DNA of 64,000 nt. It comes from Amoebidium appalachense (Eukaryota > Protista > Ichthyosporea). Location: contig CAVNZM010000003.1 in the NCBI GenBank assembly GCA_963693365.1, positions 9,313,019-9,377,018 of the forward strand, given 5' to 3'. Positions within the stretch are counted from its first letter, which is position 1; each line of letters starts with the position of its first letter. Under the pieces are notes generated by a model that saw nothing but the letters and a program-made list of their open reading frames with translations, did no database searches and was not told the origin of the DNA. Below, piece after piece: positions 12,417-49,740 of the stretch. The position numbers and the translations under genes were made by a program.

Positions 12417-13249
12417 CGTGTGTGTATGTATGTGTACACGTTCTTCACTGTGCGGCTGCACCAGCCCTCGCGAAAGCTTGCGTAATTCTCTGCAGGGCTT
12501 TACACAGCCTGGGCCTTGGGTAGCTCACAGATAGTCCCAGCGCTAGCAGGCTTGGCTCCCAACTTGGATCTTGTCAGATTTTCTGTGGGTGCTTGCTGTG
12601 TATCGATTGTTAGATCCCAGCACTGGCCCATGCTTCGGCAGTGGTTTTTGCGAGGAGCTGGATAGCCAAGCCCAAGATTCAAAAACCTAGTTATAGGTAC
12701 CCACACGGCGCCAGCAAAAAAATTCGCAAGCACTGCCACATCGTGCGCTTTCTCTTCTCGTCTTCTTCGCTGCAGTGAGTCCTTTCATCCTTTCTTCGTT
12801 TTTCGGTTATATTTCAAAAGTTTTCGGTTTCAAACTTCGACGATCCTTTCACAAGGCTCGAGCGCCGGCGCCACGGCTTTGCAATTGAGCTCCGCGGCGG
12901 CGGCAGATTGTTTTTGGTTGGCTGACCCTCACGTTTTCCGATTGGTGGGTGCCGGGTGCTCCTCCATGCTCCACTGGTCCAGGATTCGACATTTGGCTTT
13001 CACAGTCGGGTATTTCCGAAGTTTTGTGACGTCATCTACTTTGGCCTCGCGAAAGGTGGCCCCCCCCCCCCCCCCCCCCCCCCCCCGTCACGGTGCCCCT
13101 CCCCCCCCTCTCCCTCTCTCTCCTCTCTCTCTCTATCTCTCTTCCCCCCCCCCCCCCCCGCCCACTCTCTTTCTCTCTCCCTATCTCTCTCTCTCTCTCT
13201 TTCTCTCTCTCTCAGAGTCTCCCCAAGGCTCTCTCGCTCTCTCTGCCTC

Positions 13250-13333
<84 letters not shown>

Positions 13334-13947
13334 TATGATATATATATATATATATATACATACTATGATATATATATACTATGATATATATACATGCACA
13401 TTTACTCAGGCACTAGAATAGTATTGCTTTCTGCCCATGCTTTGCAAGCGCTCTTTGTCCGGATCATGATCAGGTTATGAAGGGCATGCATCCCTCGACG
13501 CGCAGACCACACTCCACATACACACCGCGCACACTCTTTGCACACACACAACACGAAATGGGGCCCTACGGGCTATCTGCCAACAGCATGCGCACACGAC
13601 TTCCCCTCCCAGCACAGACACCTGAAGCACACCATATAAACCGGACGTGTAACCGGGTTTATTTATTGGCCTAACTTTACAGAAGCACGCAGTGGAATCA
13701 CACGAAACTATAACACCAATACACAAACACCGATGCACAGTAGACACGCACTCGACTTGCACACCACACGCACACCTTGCATACACTTAGAAGTGGACTT
13801 ATCTAGGGGCTTATATCATCATAAGCCACGCAGTACACACACATAAGCACATCTCAAACCGCGGAATGCACACTCGCCCCCGGGTATGTTGCGCTTACTA
13901 ATATATTCACACACGCCGGTGCGCACACACGGAACACACACCTCACC

Positions 13948-14014
<67 letters not shown>

Positions 14015-14215
14015 CTTCCAAACACATAAACACCACTCGAAGGGGAGCTTATCTAGGGGCTCAGCTACACACAGATCGAGCACACACTGGCAGTCTCTCG
14101 GTCTGTCCTTAAGGCTTGCTCCATCCTACTACACACACACAGACTGCCCTGTTGCCATCCTACAATTGCAAGCACACTGCCACCCACCGTGATACAAACA
14201 CACACAACGTAACGT

Positions 14216-14254
<39 letters not shown>

Positions 14255-14310
14255 ACACAAACACACACAAACACAACCCATACCGTACCGCCGCCACCTC
14301 CCATCCTTCC

Positions 14311-14357
<47 letters not shown>

Positions 14358-14407
14358 CTCCCCCTCCCCCCCCCACACCACACACACTATCAAAGGGGGG
14401 TGGGGGG

Positions 14408-14469
<62 letters not shown>

Positions 14470-14480
14470 TCAAGTGTCTA

Positions 14481-14568
<88 letters not shown>

Positions 14569-14626
14569 CCTCTCTCCCCCCGAGTCTCTCTCTCTCTCTC
14601 TCTCTCCCCCCCCCCCCCCCCCCGAG

Positions 14627-14669
<43 letters not shown>

Positions 14670-16407
14670 AGCTCTCGCTCTCTTGACCTCTCTCTCTCTA
14701 CGTGTGTGTGTTTGTGTGTGTCCCTCTCTTGTTACTCGTTGGTCAACAGATGTTAGCCACATTTGTCAGATGGAACATTCAAAGCGGGCAGCTTCTTCTA
14801 CGCCGTATTTTCAAACATAGAAAAAAAAGTAGACTGCACAGAAGCATAAGAAATATGTATTACGGATACCAAATATATTTGCTTCCTATTGGTAAGAAAA
14901 GAAGCAATATGGTGACGGCAGCGAAGGCGAGGACAAACGTACGTTCGTCGAAGAAAGGCATTATGTAGCCGCCAAAATCGCTTGGGCCCAAGAAATCGGT
15001 CACGTGACCAATTCGCTGAGGTCTATACAATGCACAGGTGCACACAGTGTGCCACGAACTGATGCAGTGGCACCACCAAAAGATCCGATAATGACTCGCA
15101 TTCCTGTCTTTCAGACATGGCTGTTTGGGGGCATGATATTTGTTTCAGATTACGAGCGATGGCGAATGATATGGAGCTGCCAATTTTAGAAGTAAAAGGT
15201 AAGCTGTCACGAGCCCAGGGATGTGGACGCACGCCCCCCCCGGCTTTCCGTGACCGTGCTTGACTCATGAAGTTCGCAATCTGCAGGCTTCGACCAAAGG
15301 ACGAAGACTTTTTTCTGACTCATTTAGCTACAATTTTCTTTTCCTTTTAGTGTAGAAATCAATTCTATAGTTTCACTTGATCATGGTGTGATGGGCCCGG
15401 AATGTGGGACAAGCCAACACCTAATTTCCTCTCAGCTTGGCATGCCGCATCGCATGCACTGCACAGTATAGATAACGACCGCGAGATGATGTAATTTATG
15501 TAGGGAGGAAAAAGCTAAACAAACATGTAGCCATCTTTGTAAATACATACATGTACACGCCTAAACTCACACATAGAATGTCATATATTTATTTATATAT
15601 AGTTATAGATGAAATGTAGTTTAGCAAGAAGTCATACAAGGCAACTTTAGTTACATAGCGCTGGCACGACTAAATATATTGGGGACCAATCGTATGGCTC
15701 CATCTGAAACTCTTGCCGGTTGATTTTCGACCAATCATATTGTGCGGGTGACATGCACCCACTCGGAACTGACTTGTACACTTTCCTAAAGTGCATTGTT
15801 CCGCAATCCTCGTTTATGTCATGAGCTCAGAACAAATTTTTGCTCCATTTGTTATACTTTCTGAAATAAAGTTACTATTTAATCCTATTATTAGCTTTTC
15901 ATTATTTATTTTGTTTTTCAAATGTGTTTTATTTTCAAATGGAGCTGATTCTTAAAGCTTGCAAAGGCCTAATCCTTAAGGACCTCCTTTTTTAAGTTTC
16001 AAATTGGGCTTATAACGAGGACTACTCTACCGAGGAAAACGATTGTCATCACGGTCATATAAAACCGCACCTACCCTTATCATTGACATTCAGTTTTCAT
16101 TTCACTCGGGCGTGCTGATGGTACCTTGTCTGTCTTGTGAATTTTGACGTGTGAGTTTCGTTGAAGACAGCTTCCGCCCAGTTGTAGTTTATTGTTGTAG
16201 GTTTTGGATGCCCGTAAGCAACCCCCATTACAGCCACCCCTGTTTTTTCTTTCACTTCACTCGTTGATACTTGGATTTGTTTCCTTACATCTCTGTTTCC
16301 GGTAGTCTTCACACACTTGACATCACATAGGTCCATTCACTGGCACCATTTTCCCCGGTTTTTGGAACCATTATCGGTGGGTTTGATTGACGCCAAGAAG
16401 CTCAGCT

Positions 16408-17025
16408 ATGGCGGCAGTTGTAACAGAAAACTATGCACCTCCCAAGGTAGCAGAGGTCGAGCCCAAGCGGGGGGAGAGACTGGGAGGCAACTTCATTGCC
16501 GTGGTGAGCCAGCTCAGCGACACTATTAGCATCACCACCGGGGGCAGCCTGACGTATCCAGAGGAACATGAGGCCATTGGTTACATTGTCCACAGCGGAA
16601 AACGGACCGGTATTGGGAAGAAACGCGCGCTCGTGTTCGACCGGCCAAACAGGCAACTGCTGCTGTTTAACCAGGCACAGGTTCTGAAAGCGACCATCCC
16701 GCTGGCAAAGGTTAAACTTTTGAAGAGAATCACATTTGGCTCGAGCGAGATCCCGGCTATGGAGTTGGTGTGGGCGCAAGGGAGCTACACCGTTTTCGTT
16801 GAAGGAACCAGCTCAAATCTTGCTAAATGGTACGGGGATCTGCAGAGAGAGCGAGTGGCGGCGGTAGGGGAGGAGGAAGATAAAACGAAGGACAAGCCAA
16901 AGTACTTGAGGGGAAACGGGCCCGCCAGTCCCCCCAAGAAGTCAAATAGACGGGCGTCCGACCCGGGCTATGCTACTTCTAGCGTGAAAACAGCACTGCA
17001 CAATGTGTTCAGTTGGAACCATTGA
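16408..17025 (+). CDS. Small PH-domain-like protein (~205 aa), intronless CDS
   Basis: Non-repetitive ORF from ATG 16408. PH-like pattern: GYIVHSGKRTGIGKKRALVF...LLLF...KATIPL...YTVFVE...LAKWYGDLQ, with the C-terminal helix Trp. Confidence 0.7.
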   Translation: MAAVVTENYAPPKVAEVEPKRGERLGGNFIAVVSQLSDTISITTGGSLTYPEEHEAIGYIVHSGKRTGIGKKRALVFDRPNRQLLLFNQAQVLKATIPLAKVKLLKRITFGSSEIPAMELVWAQGSYTVFVEGTSSNLAKWYGDLQRERVAAVGEEEDKTKDKPKYLRGNGPASPPKKSNRRASDPGYATSSVKTALHNVFSWNH

Positions 17026-18029
17026 GTTGTGGTGCTGGATTGGGACGTTTTTTGAGCGATGGTTTTGGTGGATACTGTTTTGCCGTGATATGGTGGAGTT
17101 GTCAGCCGAGGGGTGGTATCTGGAATTTAAAAACAGGTCTTGACATCTCGAAAGAACAAATATGCTCATAATAACCGAATGGCATCCTTTAATTGTATAT
17201 AAAGTTAGTGGGTGTGTTAAAAAAAAAAAATGTAAAAACGGGGTCAACCTTTTTCATCCGTACTGGTAGAATAATTTAGTGGCCAGGGGTTTGCGAAGGG
17301 TTTTATGTGTATGGTGGCTGGTTGGGGCTGGCTCCCACAGACACGTGCTCGGTATGTACTGTTGTAACTTGTTTTAATAAAGTTTAAATTTTATTTTAAA
17401 ATAGAACTTGCTTCAGGATTGTAATTTGGTCCAGGCACGTACTTGCACAACTACATACATATACACGGCATCAAACATGCACACACGTGTGTGCCACAGT
17501 GTGGCTTACCTCCCGATGCCGTGCCAGGTACAGTATGGTGATTCCCTTGAGGTATATATGTGCCCATATTCACATTCATGGACCCGCACCTACGATTCAA
17601 GCATGCATCGATTGCATATACGTCGTAAATACTGCAGAAACACATACATGTATGGTATTCGGACAGTCGCCACCATGCCGTAGCCATAGCTGCTTTTATA
17701 TTCTTGCTGCCCTTCTTGCCGCCGAGTCCAATTTTGAAGCCGAATATTAGCAGCATAGTACTGAATCAGATGTAGCCGGCCATGGCCGTGAGCAATCGTG
17801 TGGCCGCATATTGTGCAATGTGCGGCCACAAATCAGAATTCGTGCGTGGCCATATGCCATCATGTCCTGGCATGCACTGTGGGCATGTGTGTTGAATCTG
17901 CCGAGCGCGCAAAGATAGCCAATATATATATATATATATATAGCTGCATCGGTACTCATATCATAGCGCACGCATGGTACTGGGAGGCTGCATCAGTCAA
18001 TGATTCACGCGTGGCCATGGCCACATATA

Positions 18030-18832
18030 TGGGTGCCTCAGTATTCACGCATGGCCCTATAGGGCTGCATTCGGTATTCACGCATGGCCATATGGCTGAA
18101 TTCAAATTCACTCATGGCCATATATGGCTGCATCAGTATTCACGCATGGCCCTATAGGGCTGCATTCGGTATTCACGCATGGCCATATGGCTGAGGGTGG
18201 GGATGTGCTGTTTATTAACGACATGTAGGTGAGCTGTGATGAGTTGGCGCACCAAGGCCAACAGTACTTCCACCCATCAAGATATACATGTAATAAAATC
18301 GGTGTTACACTTACACCATACAATTTTTAAGTGGAGATATAACGTATCAAATAGACATCATATGTGGAGAGATATGATTTTTTTATTTTTTATTTTTTAT
18401 TTTATTTTTTTATATATAATTCGGTGTTCACGCATGACCATATATGGCTACATCAGTATTCACGCCTGGCCATATATGGCTTCATGAGTATTCACGCATG
18501 GCCATGTATGGCTGAATTCGGTATTCATGCATGACCATATATGGCTACATCAGTATTCACGCATGGCCATATATGGCTTCATCAGTATTCACGCATAACC
18601 ATATATGGTTTCATCAATATTCACGCATGGCCATATATGGCTACATCAGTATTCACGTGCATGCATGGCCATATACGGCTTCATCAGTATTCACGCATGG
18701 CCATATATGGCTTCATCAGTATTCACACATGGCCGTATATGGCTTCATCGGTATTCACGCATGGCCATATATGGCTACATCAGTATTCACGCATGGCCAT
18801 ATATGGCTGCATCGGTATTCACGCATGGCCAT
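18030..18832. repeat. 32-bp minisatellite GTATTCACGCATGGCCATATATGGCT(A/T)CATCA in two blocks (18030-18192, 18422-18832)
   Basis: Visible tandem periodicity of 32 bp with palindromic core GCCATATATGGC. Confidence 0.95.
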
Positions 18833-19516
18833 GCACGTATACTGGGTCAGGCGTCACCTCAAACCACAGAATGATATGACATTGATCAGCTGCAGCTGCC
18901 GTGGGCTTTTGGATTTCGAGTACTCTGGGCCGGGCACGCATAAAGTGAGTTGTGTGTAAATTTGAATTTATGCAACAACATGAGGGTTCGCTATTGCAGT
19001 GACCAGCACCGACCAGCAAGCAGAAATGTTTCACCACCCGCGATTTTAAATCACTACAATTTCTGACAAGGATGAACACACGATTCATCAAGAATAGCAA
19101 ATGTCCATCTGTTACAGCTTCTGGTATTGTAAAGTTGCATGCACCATATCGCTCCGGATTAGATTTGGAGCATCAGTACAGCATCAAAAGACAAAGAATA
19201 TACGAGCTCAAACGTGAACAAAGCTAAATTTAACCTGGCATGGGTTGTACAACGACAATACATGGAAAGAAAACAGACAGATTAAACATGCACTCACTTA
19301 TAAATGCAGATTTGATTGCACATGTACATGTGGGACACACATAGAATTGATTGATTTCAACAGAGTATTACTGTATTACTATTACAAATGCAGTTCATTC
19401 CACTTGCTTCCTAACCTCTGAGTCATACTAATTTGTGCATGCAAATTTTGCTTTCTCTGCTCTGGGGAAGAAGTGAAGGATGCCAAGTGCGTGTATGTGT
19501 GTGTGCGCCCCCACCG

Positions 19517-19578
<62 letters not shown>

Positions 19579-19868
19579 CCACTCGCGGACGCTTGTGGTA
19601 TGTGTGGGTGGGTGGGTGCATTTTGCGGAAAGGAAGGGAGGCGTGTGGGTGTACGTGTGGTAGTGGTGGTGGTGATTGTAGGGGGGGGGGGAAGGGGGGA
19701 AGGGGGGGGGGGGGGGGGATGAAGACAGACACACATGACATGTAGTACAACATTAAAACGCGCATATCAAACCTCGCTGAACACTACTAGTATGAATCTA
19801 GACATACGAGCATAACACACCACTCCCACCACCAACCATATTAGACCCGAGCACAGACATGTGTGCAG

Positions 19869-33575
<13,707 letters not shown>

Positions 33576-33704
33576 TCTCAACTCTGCACATGCCCACTCT
33601 CCTCCCTCCCCGCCCCCCCCCCCCTCCCCCCCCCTCCTCCTTCTTTCACCACAGCATCATCTCCCCCCCCGCCCCCACCCTACCCCGCCCCCCCCCCCCC
33701 CCCC

Positions 33705-33737
<33 letters not shown>

Positions 33738-34379
33738 CATCCCCCCCCCCCCCCCCCCCCCGCACACACACACACACACACACGCACACACCACCACCAC
33801 CAACACCACCCCCCTCCCCCCTCCCCCCTCCCTTTCCCATCTCTCTCATACACACAAAAAAGAGAGAAAGAAAAGTAAGGAAGAGAACAGGACAAACACA
33901 CATGCACACAAACACACACCCATCGGCGTAGGCACACAGTAGGGGTGCTGTTTTGTTCCTAACACAATGCCTATCATATGGTTTTTTCTCGGGGATTCTT
34001 GTTATAGAAGGTCTGATAAGCCCATGGTAAGAACAGTTTAGGGAGTAAGAACAGCATCACCAAATGGGATGGACGTGGTATGGGGAAGGAGTGAGTCTAC
34101 AATACCTGTGTGAATCCTCGAACGAGCATGCGTGTAGTACTAACAGAGGAAACGTGGCCTGTAGGTACCATTGGTCAGTGTTTGTGCAGTGTTTTTGGGA
34201 AAATTCGTGTTTTTCGCGTGTCATTTTTCGGCCTCGATGTGTAAGAAGGTGTGTGCACACCCGCCCATGCGCAGCATATTTTTTCCCCTATCTCTTTTCC
34301 TTTTTCTTTATTTTTTTTATTTCTTGGCGTGTGTGTGTGTCTGTGTCTTGGGACGAGGGGAGGTGGTGGTGGTGGTGGT

Positions 34380-34425
<46 letters not shown>

Positions 34426-36397
34426 AAAAGGGCTATGTATGTGTGTGTGAAGTTGTTAAAATAGCCCGTTTATGTCCGTGATTGTAAGGGACCCATACAA
34501 GTGCACAGTACCTGATGAACATCTAGCAAAAATGCAAAAAATATAAGAGGTTCCAAGAAAATTAGAGAGAGAGAAGGGGGGGGGGGGGGGGGGGGGATAG
34601 AGAGAGAGAGAGAGAGAGAGCGCGCGAGAGAGGGAGTTGGGGGGACGGGGGAAAGTGAAAGAATGAAGGAGAGAGGGAGGGAGGGAAGGAGGGAGCCAGG
34701 GAGGGAGGGGGTAAAAATGGGGATGCAGGGAGAGAATGAGCTCCACATGGCCGACGGGGGGCATAACAAGATTTTCTGAGTGTCTCCAGTGTGTACTGGC
34801 AAATTTTTAAAGGATCTTATGCACAGACATCACGGTTGTTCTTTAGTGTATTATTCAGAACAGTTAACTTGTATGTGTCGAAGATGAGGAACACCCAAAT
34901 ACCATGCCTTCGTTTTGTGTGTGTTCATTCAATTCTGTTGAGGTTGGGTGTAGGCGGACTAACAGCAGTCACAAACATATATATGCTTTGGTGACTACGC
35001 ATGCAGATGAGCCAATTTTACAAGGGGAAAATTCCTAACATGTCCTGGTCATAAAGATTTGCCTGCAAAATGGTGCAGAGGTCGGAGTGCCTAGAAAGAA
35101 GTGTGTTTGTGTGTGTGTGTGTGTGTTGGGGGGGCGGGGGGTGGGGGGGGGGGGGGGGGGGGGAGGGGAGGGAAGGGCGGGAGGGGGGAGGGGTTCTTGT
35201 TAAAGAGTTTTAATACTGAAAATAGATAAAAAACGGAAACCGCGGGAGACGAATGCTTCAATGTTCCTACCTGCAAGCCTTCTCCAGGTGCGTACGGCCA
35301 TCCTGGACAGATGGTGGAACCCACCAAGGACAAGAATTGAGTTGGATGTAAAGCAATGGCCCTTTAACTGGGCATGCTCACGGTCTTCTTCGAATAAGAG
35401 CCTAAGTCAAACTAAACTAAAATTATAGGTTGATGTGCGCGCCCTTACTGACTTTGTTTTGCTAAAACTGTAGGGTGATGGCGAGGAAGGCGTAGGTGTT
35501 TCTTTGAGGGTCAGCATGCAATCTTAAATTGTTGAAGTATGTAAACAAAAGACCGCCACCTACTTCCGCACTTTGCCGAGGCGCCGGAAAAAATATGTTA
35601 TGCTATAGACTTATCACAACTCGTCACTTAAATATGCAAACTTCAAACAGCAACCACATGCTTTTGTCGAACATTGCGCCCATTACTACATACAAAATAA
35701 ACAGACAAGAGGTGTCAGCTAGAAAGCGTCAGTGGAGACAACGCCACCGCCTCGCTCGACTGAACTTGAACCGAAAACTGACTCCCGCGAGGGCACACGT
35801 GCTTTTCCGCTTTGAAATCCGGGGAAGTTGAAAAGAGCCAATAAGAACAGCGATCTTGACTTTGCGCAAATCTGTGAGCCACTTAGAGTAATAATCGATG
35901 TTACAAATCTCCCTAAACTTTGTAGCCTCCTAAATGTGACCCAAGAGCATCTGCAATAACAAAACGCCAAGAGCCAAATGATTCACTTCATTATTAATAA
36001 GCGTTATCATGCTGCGTTGGTCTTTTGAACGTACTGCTTTTGTTTTTTTTTGGCTGCGCGGTGCTACTTAGCTGTAAGCATGGCCCATGGGCTCAAGCTT
36101 TTGGGAATCTAGGAGCCACGGCTTCAGAACGAAGCACAACATCTCTGGTATTGTAAAACAAAGGCTAACTCGCCTGTAGACGACTGGGCAAACGATCTGA
36201 AAACAACCATAAAAAGCACACCGATTTAGGTTAACATTTTATCATTTTAGTTTTTACATATAATAATAGTACCTGCTCTTGCACTCTTAATTAATTTGCT
36301 TCTACGAGGTGCTTTGCGCCTAGCCCTCCGTTTCTGACTCAAAAGCCTGTCAATAGCGATTTTGCTTGCCCTCCTCCAGCAATTTCCGGAAGGCAAA

Positions 36398-36460
36398 TTT
36401 GATTGGGCGGGGAAGCAAAGCAGGGTTACGTAAGCGCCTAAGAGCTTGGCGTTACGTCAG
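36398..36460. promoter_or_regulatory. Candidate promoter elements upstream of the PB1 gene, in the divergent intergenic region
   Basis: Inverted CCAAT with an adjacent GC box (GATTGGGCGG, 36401), TTACGTAA (36426-36433) and TTACGTCA (36452-36459), in a repeat-free region between two divergently oriented genes. Confidence 0.4.
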
Positions 36461-36967
36461 CAAAGAGACGCTTTGCCACACAAAAAGCCTCTTTCGCTCC
36501 ACGAAAATCCCTCACACGAGTGAAACGAGTGAGAAAGCAAAAAGATTAACGGAATAGGAAGTTGTTGTTTTTTATTTTTATGTTTCTTCATTGAAATTGT
36601 TTTGAGTGCTTCTTTTTAACCTTTTTTTTGGCTGTGGGATGAAGTATGTAAGTATTGTTCCAACCCTTTTTGATTTGGTGTTGGACTGTTCGGATTCGTG
36701 TTGATGACAGATTTGTCAGTATCTGTATCGTGGACAAAGGCCTTCCACCAGCGAGGAAAACACTTTTTTTTTCCCCAATGCAAAGACCCAGAATAGCAAA
36801 AGGTTTTAAATCCTTACTATAAAGACCAAAAAGGAGAGGGAAAAACAGAACAACAAGAGTTTTGAGAGTAATTGTGCATGGCCACTATTTCCCGCCTTCT
36901 CAGAGTCATTTTTCGCTTGTTAAAAAAATTAGCTTCAGGTTGACATTTGAGCGAGCAAACAAGAAAA

Positions 36968-46617
<9,650 letters not shown>

Positions 46618-47718
46618 TCGGGTCGGGTCGGGTCGGGTTGGTGGGTCCGGTTCGGGTGGTTCGGATGGGGATGGGTGTTTTTTCTTTTCTTTTTTTTCTT
46701 TTTTTCTATTGTAATCTTTTCTTTCTTTCTTTCCTTCTTTCTTTCTTTCTTTCTTTCTTTTCTTTTTTTTTTTTTTAATGGAGAGACTTGAATGGTTACC
46801 GTCACCGTAGCTGCAGCTGTTTTCTACGATGTCTGGGCTCTTTCTCTCGCTGTTCTTATTGTTATTGTGGTACAATAGATTTGGTGTTATTTTGGTCAGA
46901 GGAAGTTCCGTTTGTTGTCATTTTAGTTAAAAACAAACTTCGGTTCATGGGACCCAGTTCTCTGTTACGGCATTGATAGCTACAAGTGGCAGTGCACGTG
47001 ATCATAGATAACATTATATTTGTGGTATTTGCTCGTGTGTGTGTACACAAAAGATCTGGCTGCTACGCTACTCAGGCAAAACTCTGTTAGACTACATTGT
47101 TGCTGATATTTAACAAATATCTAAAGCTTGCAGGTTTCCTGAAGAATATTATGTGACTGCAATGTGCAAACCCTTCTACATATTCAGATTAATAAACAAA
47201 TACGATTCAGATTAATAAACAAATACGTAGAAGGCAACACACGTACATTCTCATTCATTGAGATACCATGGATGAAACTACAGGAATGTCTTTTGGCACC
47301 TCATGTTTCGGAGGTTAATGACATGGCCTTCCCCTGGGAGACATTGTGGGCGTATGTTCGTGCATTTCCTTGAATAAAAAGGAGGGGGGGGGGGGGGGGG
47401 GGGGGTTGGGAAATTCCAGGGCGGACACATCCCGGTTTCAAGTTCGATGATTAAAACTGCTTCCTCGCATGATATTCTCACACCCTCATGCTTGAGACTA
47501 TTATATAAGTGACGTGTGTAGATTTTTACGAAGTTTCCCCCCCTTTTCTTTCTTTTTTTCTTTTTTAGCTTATTAAGGATCTGAGTTGCTGCTGGTTCAA
47601 GCTCACCATCGGACCATCGGATTGGCCGGAGGGAGCGGCCAACAAAGTGCAATGATCCCACGATCGGTATCAGAGTCTCAGACCGTAGTAATAGGTACAC
47701 GATGTATGTAACATATAA

Positions 47719-47786
<68 letters not shown>

Positions 47787-48184
47787 TCGATTATCACATG
47801 GGAAGAGCCTCTTCCTCCCCCTCCCTCTCCCACCCTCCTCCTCCCCTCCGCCCCAGGCCTCCTCCTTCCCTTTCTCAGCCCAACGAGTCCTACCGGCACA
47901 CACACCTAAGGCCGTCATATGGACCTTTCCGTTCGACTAAATGTTAGCAATAGATTTAGCAATAGATTAACTCAGTGGTATTGTAATATTATTTTGGTTA
48001 ACTGACCGACCTCAGGCCGTGCACTGCAACAGTTAGGCACGTTTTAGGCAAACTTGCCTGTTTGTATAAGTGAAAAGAACATCTGTTGTTATTTAAGGGA
48101 AGAACGGGCCAGGTCAATTCGAAGAACACAGTGGCTACATATCAGCGGGCAGCATGCGAACTCTTAGTTTGTTGGTGCAGTAAG

Positions 48185-48235
<51 letters not shown>

Positions 48236-48271
48236 CCCCCGGTCCTTCTCCTCCCCTCCTTCCCCCCTCCC

Positions 48272-49009
48272 TGTTGTTTTGTGTGGGTAAACGGAGAAGC
48301 AGAGAGCACAGATGGGTGTTATGTTATACACAACACAGAGACACACGGGAGAAACACAACCGGAGAGGTGGAACGATTGCTGGAACCATAGGAAATGAAT
48401 ACGACTGCTTGATATTTATTCCAAGATGAAGTCCCTTTTATACTTGGGAATGTTAAAACGATAAACCAATCAAAAGAACGAAAACTCTATTTTCCAATCA
48501 AAAGGACGAAAACTATGAGTGTAAAATATATCGATCGAAATGTCTGTCGACACATAGAATATAAAATGCAATCCTCTAATGAAAGAAACTTCTAATAAAA
48601 GCACGGAAACATTTAACAAAATGAAACCACTTATGTAACTATTAGTTCACAACATACATTTATACATGTTCTTATCATAACACGTCTAAATATAATTATT
48701 CCTAATAGTTGGAGAACATAGCACAATGCTACGTCGTGAGAAAGGAATGGGAAAGGAATGTAAGTTACTATATTTGGGAAAATACAAACGAGATCTGATT
48801 GGACGACATATATAGATTTGACACAAACGACAATACGTGTGCGCGAGCTAAGTATGTCGATTCGTACACAGATCTAAGATATCGGTGTACACGGAAACAG
48901 AAAGGAAAGAAAGAAAGAAAGAAAGGAAAAGGAAACAAACTACAACAAACTAATAAACAAATACAAAACTCAACTTCTAAGTCTTGCTGAGAATCAAGTG
49001 AAGATGACA
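48272..49009 (-). repeat. 3' LTR (738 bp)
   Basis: Direct repeat of 54229-54969. About five substitutions and one 3-bp indel seen by eye. Confidence 0.95.
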
Positions 49010-49018
49010 TCCCCACTC
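49010..49018 (-). other. Polypurine tract (GAGTGGGGA)
   Basis: Purine run immediately before the TG of the 3' LTR on the element strand. Confidence 0.75.
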
Positions 49019-49695
49019 AAGGGTTGGAAGTTGGGTTCTCGTGAAGTTTGTTGATGTGACTGTTGATGTTAATACTCTCACACATGTAGAAGCAGGTGCC
49101 GTGAAGTCACAGTCAAGTTTCCCCACTCGAGAAGACAATGGAGAAGACTTGAAGGTGCAAGCCGGGGAAGAAAACCAAACGGAAGAAGCACACAACGACG
49201 GTTGCCTCTGAAGACTCGGAACATGACGGTAGCCAACGACGATATATAAATATATATAAAAGAAAACAACTAGTGTATGTGTGACGTGTTGGTGGCTAAT
49301 GATTTATACTGGGGACCACCCACTATAAACACAAGGCATGAACATCTTGTGGACTGATTTATAGACTGGTGGTCAACCAGTTAAGACACGGGGAATGAGC
49401 ATCCCGAGGACTAGGTTTAGACTGGCAGTCAACCAGCACGCCATGGCTATAGATAATTATTTATACTGGGACGCCATCCCAGTTCGACAGATATATAAGT
49501 CGAATATAAAAGAAAACCAATATATATGATGGTACATAAATAAACGACGGATGGTGGAGAAGAAGTCCCCACTGAAGATGCACACACTGAAGATCGATGA
49601 AGACAGCAGTAGACTTTCGTTGGGAGGTGTCTCTACACAGTGATGTGTAGACCACTGGCCAGGGCCCCAACCTACTTGAAGACCACTGTAGATGA

Positions 49696-49739
<44 letters not shown>

Positions 49740-49740
49740 C

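Noticed and set aside
12510-12545. tRNA-like start GGGCCTTGGGTAGCTCA
   Set aside because: No D-loop GG, T-loop GTTC or acceptor-stem partner was found.
18422-18832. Multimeric hammerheads on the minus strand (repeated CUGAUGA)
   Set aside because: The partner motif is GAAU rather than GAAA, and no stem III or cleavage triplet is available.
49560-49620. CUGAAGA motifs in the copia 3' region as a ribozyme
   Set aside because: No properly placed GAAA or stems.
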